Below, one piece after another: positions 60,626 through 64,000 of a stretch of 64,000 nt of DNA. The position numbers and the translations under genes are program-made. The first letter of the stretch is position 1. The number at the start of each line of letters is the position of its first letter. The notes under the pieces were generated by a model. That model saw nothing but the letters and a program-made list of their open reading frames with translations, ran no database searches and was not told where the DNA came from. Source of the stretch: an uncultured Chloroflexia bacterium (GTDB taxonomy: Bacteria > Chloroflexota > Limnocylindria > Limnocylindrales > CSP1-4); assembly GCA_963813705.1 (NCBI GenBank), contig CAWFAH010000007.1:32336-96335 (forward strand), given 5' to 3'.

Positions 60626-61479
60626 CCCGCCGCGTCGGCCTGATCGGCAGGCCACTGAAGCGGCGCCACTCGGTGGTCATGCACGACGCGGCGTTCGACG
60701 CTGCCGGGATCGACGCGCGCTACGTCCTCCTCGAGCTCGAGCCCGAGGCGGTCGAACCCGCCGTCCGCGAGGCACGCGGACCGGACTGGCTCGGCCTCGG
60801 CGTCACCGCTCCCTACAAGCGTGTCGTCGCGGACCTCGTCGACGCGGTCGAGGCCGATGCGGCGACGATCGGTGCCGTCAACAACGTCGTGCGGACCGAC
60901 GACGGCCGCCTCGTCGGGATCAACACCGACGCGCCGGGCTTCCGGGCCGGGGTCGAGCTCGCCATGGGCCGGTCGCTGGCGGGTGCCCACGTCGTCGTTG
61001 CCGGAGCCGGTGGCGCCGCCCACGCGGTCGTGTTCGCCTGTCTGCAGGCCGGGGCCGCCCGGGTGACAGTCGGCAACCGGACGCCGGCGTCGGCGCTCGC
61101 CCTCGTCGAGCGGTTCGGCGGCCTGGGACGGGGATCCCGCACGGCGGTGGCGCTGTCCGACTCCGCGTTCGAGCAGGCCCTCCGGTCCGCCGATCTCGCC
61201 GTGAACGCGACGACGGTCGGCATGCTCGACCCCGGCACGACCATCGCCGTCGAGGCGCTCCCGGCCGCGGCAACCGTCTTCGACCTGGTCTACGTCCCGT
61301 CCGAGACCCCGCTCGTCCGGGCCGCCCGGGCGCGCGGGCTGCGCGCGGCGAACGGATCCGAGATGCTCATCCAGCAGGCGGCGATCGCCTTCGAGCGCTG
61401 GACGGGCGTGGCTGGCATGGCCGACGTCATGCGCGCCGCGGTCGCGCCGCTGTTGGCCGACCCCGCGGCGTCCGCCTGA
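60622..61479 (+). CDS. aroE: shikimate dehydrogenase family protein
   Basis: GLIGRP, VTAPYK, GAVNN, NTD, GAGGAA, NAT and DLVY.P.ET motifs. May be a paralog acting on another substrate. Confidence 0.85.
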   Translation: MTRRVGLIGRPLKRRHSVVMHDAAFDAAGIDARYVLLELEPEAVEPAVREARGPDWLGLGVTAPYKRVVADLVDAVEADAATIGAVNNVVRTDDGRLVGINTDAPGFRAGVELAMGRSLAGAHVVVAGAGGAAHAVVFACLQAGAARVTVGNRTPASALALVERFGGLGRGSRTAVALSDSAFEQALRSADLAVNATTVGMLDPGTTIAVEALPAAATVFDLVYVPSETPLVRAARARGLRAANGSEMLIQQAAIAFERWTGVAGMADVMRAAVAPLLADPAASA

Positions 61480-61482
61480 CCG

Positions 61483-62328
61483 ATGCGGCTCGCCACGCTC
61501 GCCGGCGACCCACCCGACGTCGTCCTCGTGCGCGGTCCGCGCGTGATCTCGCTGGGGCCGGCGTCCGCCCCGTTCCACACCCTGCGCGAGATCGCCGCCG
61601 CCGGCGCGGACGGTCGTCGCAGCGTCGAGGCTTGGGCAGACGCCCAGCCGGCCGGGGCCTGGAGCCCGCTCGATCGCGTGTCGCTCGGTCCGGCCGTGCC
61701 CGATCCGGGTGCCATCTACACGATCGGTCTCAACTACCGCGGGCCGGACGACGCGCGAGCGACGAGATCCCGCGGCCGCTCGTCTACGGCAAGGCTCGAA
61801 GCTCGGTCGGCGGCGACGGCGCGACCCTGCGCTGGGACCGTTCGCTGACGGCGAACGTCGACGCCGAGGTCGAGCTCGGCGTCGTCATCGGCGCGCCGGC
61901 CTGGAACGTCACGCCCGAGGCCGCGCTGGATCACGTCTTCGGCTACACCATCGTCAACGACGTCTCGTCGCGGGATCCGTGGCTCGACGGCGACCAATGG
62001 CTGCTCGGGAAGTCGATGCCAGGCTTCTGCCCGGTCGGTCCGTGGGTGGTCAGCGCCGACGAGCTCGATCCGTCCGATGTCCGGCTCGGCTGCACGATCG
62101 GCGGGCTGGCCATCCAGGATGGCCGAACCTCGGCGATGCGCTTCTCGATCGCCGAGGTGATCGCCTTCCTGAGCCGCCACGTGCGGCTGGAGAGCGGGGA
62201 CCTCATCGCGACCGGGAACGCCGGCGCGGCTCGACGGGCCGCCGGGACCGGACCGCCACCTCGAGGCCGGCGACGAGGTCACGGCCTGGATCGAGGGGAT
62301 CGGGGAGCTCAGGACGATCATCGCCTGA
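61483..62328 (+). CDS. fumarylacetoacetate hydrolase family protein (frameshifts near 61758 and 62220)
   Basis: IGLNY, DAEVELGVVIG, GYTIVNDVS.RD, GKS..FCPVGP and GDLIATG motifs. Confidence 0.87.
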
Positions 62329-62351
62329 CCTGGACGAAGGAGGACGCTGCG

Positions 62352-63141
62352 ATGAAGCCGCCGACCGTGTTCCTCGGCGAGATGACCGAACCCCGAGGTC
62401 GAGGCGTTCCTGCGCGACCACCGGACGGTGATCGTGCCGACGGGATCGACCGAGCAGCACGGTCCCCACGCGCCGCTCCTGACCGACGTCCTCGTCCCGC
62501 AGGAGGTGGCCCGCCGGGTCGCCCCGGTCGTCGGCGCCCTCGTGGCGCCGCCGATCAACTACGGGCTGTCGTATCCGCACGCCGGGTTCACCGGGGTCGT
62601 CCACCTGCGGATCCCGACGTTCATGGCGCTCGTCGAGGACCTCTGCCTGTCGCTGGCGACGGTGGGGTTCCGGCGGATCGTCTTCCTCAACGGCCACTAC
62701 GACAACACCTACGCGATCGCCTACGCCTGCGCGATGGCGGCCGACCGCATGCCGGCCGGCGCGCGCGCCTTCCCGATCAACTACTGGGACGGGATGACGG
62801 CGGACCAGGCGGCCGAGTTCTTCGACCCGTCGAACGGGCTCCACGCGAACCGCGGCGAGACGTCGGCCGTGCTGGCGATCGACCCGGCGCTCGTCGACAT
62901 GGAGCGGGCCAACGTCGAGTTCCCGCCGTTCCCGGAGGTGACCAGCCCCGCGCCGGTGCACACCGCGTTCTTCTTCTCGGCGCCGGGCTCGGTCCACCGG
63001 GCGACGCGGTCGGGGACGTGGGGCGACGCGCGCGAGGCGACGGCCGAGTTCGGCCGGCGCTACCTCGACGTCGTGGTCGAGTCGACGATCCGGATGCTCG
63101 ACGACATCGAGCGGACGTTCGAGGCGATGCCGGACCGCTAG
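62352..63141 (+). CDS. creatininase family cyclic amidohydrolase (frameshift near 62388)
   Basis: GSTEQHGPHAPLLTD, NGHYDN and HANRGETS motifs. Confidence 0.9.
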
Positions 63142-63413
63142 CGACTCGGGCCGGTCGGGCCTGATCCCGATCGCGAGGGGCGCCGTCCATACGTGTCGGC
63201 TGTCAACGACGTCCTCGCGCAGATGGGGTGGTCCCCGCGATAGCCTGATCGCCGCATCACGCCTGACCGCCGCGCCCGCACCGACCGATGCGGCGACTCG
63301 CATCACCGGAGCAGGGAGACCCGGCGTGATGGGTCGAGCGCCGAGGCGGCACGGCGAAGGCACGACGAAGGCGCAGCGAGGCGGAACCGCGAGGCTGCGG
63401 AGCCGCGGGACCG

Positions 63414-64000
63414 TCAGCCGTCCGCCTCGAACCAGGTCCCGGCGCGCATCGCTCGGCGGACGCGGAGGCGCGGGTCGAGCTCGACGAGGTCGGCCCGCTG
63501 GCCGGCCGCGATCCGGCCGCGGTCCGTGACGCCGAGGAGGGCGAGCGGGTTGCGTCCGGCGGCCGCGACGGCGGCCGGCAGCGGCACGCCCGCGGCGACC
63601 AGGTTGCGGACCGCGTCGTCGAGCGCGATGACCGACCCGGCCAGGGTCGACGTCCCGGCGAGCGTCGCCCGCCCTCCGGCCACCTCGACCTCGAGGCCGC
63701 CGATCCGGCCCCGGCCGTCGCCCGTTCCGGCGAGCGCGATTCCGTCGCTGACGAGCAGCAGCCGGTCGGCCGGCTTCAGCCGCCGGATGAGCGGCCACAG
63801 CGCCGGGTGGACGTGGATGCCGTCGGCGATGAGCTCGACGTACGCGTCGTCGTCGAGCAGGGCTGCAAGCGCGACCCCCGGGTCGCGGTGATCGAGACCG
63901 GTCATCGCGTTGAACAGGTGGGTCGTCGAGGTAGCTCCCGCCGCGAACCCGGCGCGGGCCTCCTCGAGCGTCGCGGCCGAGTGGCCGATGCAGACCGCCA
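63414..64000 (-). CDS. nagA: N-acetylglucosamine-6-phosphate deacetylase, C-terminal part (start outside window)
   Basis: GHSAAT, THLFNAM, IADGIHVHP, LAGS, NP..LLG and G.RADLV motifs. Confidence 0.92.
   Translation of the reverse strand, partial: AVCIGHSAATLEEARAGFAAGATSTTHLFNAMTGLDHRDPGVALAALLDDDAYVELIADGIHVHPALWPLIRRLKPADRLLLVSDGIALAGTGDGRGRIGGLEVEVAGGRATLAGTSTLAGSVIALDDAVRNLVAAGVPLPAAVAAAGRNPLALLGVTDRGRIAAGQRADLVELDPRLRVRRAMRAGTWFEADG

Overview
Very GC-rich, gene-dense bacterial DNA. Gene content and frequent leaderless TANNNT promoters suggest Chloroflexota or a related Terrabacterium (inference only). Left half (1-29.6 kb) is mostly housekeeping: citrate synthase (partial), an AmmeMemoRadiSam A/B/S trio, a pentose-phosphate cluster (tkt-rpiB-[AbrB/Doc TA]-pgi-gnd-zwf-opcA-pgl, with pgl apparently fused to a GNAT domain), PfkB kinase plus psuG, an ABC-2 exporter, a HAD phosphatase, pyrG, a class III cyclase-STAND-TPR protein and fsa/tal. 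Right half (29.6-63.1 kb) is a large catabolic island for an unknown substrate. Its most unusual part is an operon with a His-phosphocarrier 'PEP-utilizing' protein lacking an ATP-grasp domain, a GntR regulator, an HPr-kinase-like P-loop protein, a three-subunit xanthine-dehydrogenase-family Mo enzyme, and a PPDK-like ATP-grasp/His protein whose pyruvate-binding barrel is replaced by a wHTH/Rv1126c-like domain. The island also has a second Mo hydroxylase with CoxG, OYE, GMC, ALDH, SDRs, CoA transferase, enoyl-CoA hydratase, LLM, DHDPS-like, FAH and creatininase-like genes, and is interrupted by a small block of immunity-like ORFs. About 14 frameshifts with no accompanying in-frame stops look like sequencing or consensus errors. 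No rRNA, tRNA, CRISPR array or transposase was recognised.
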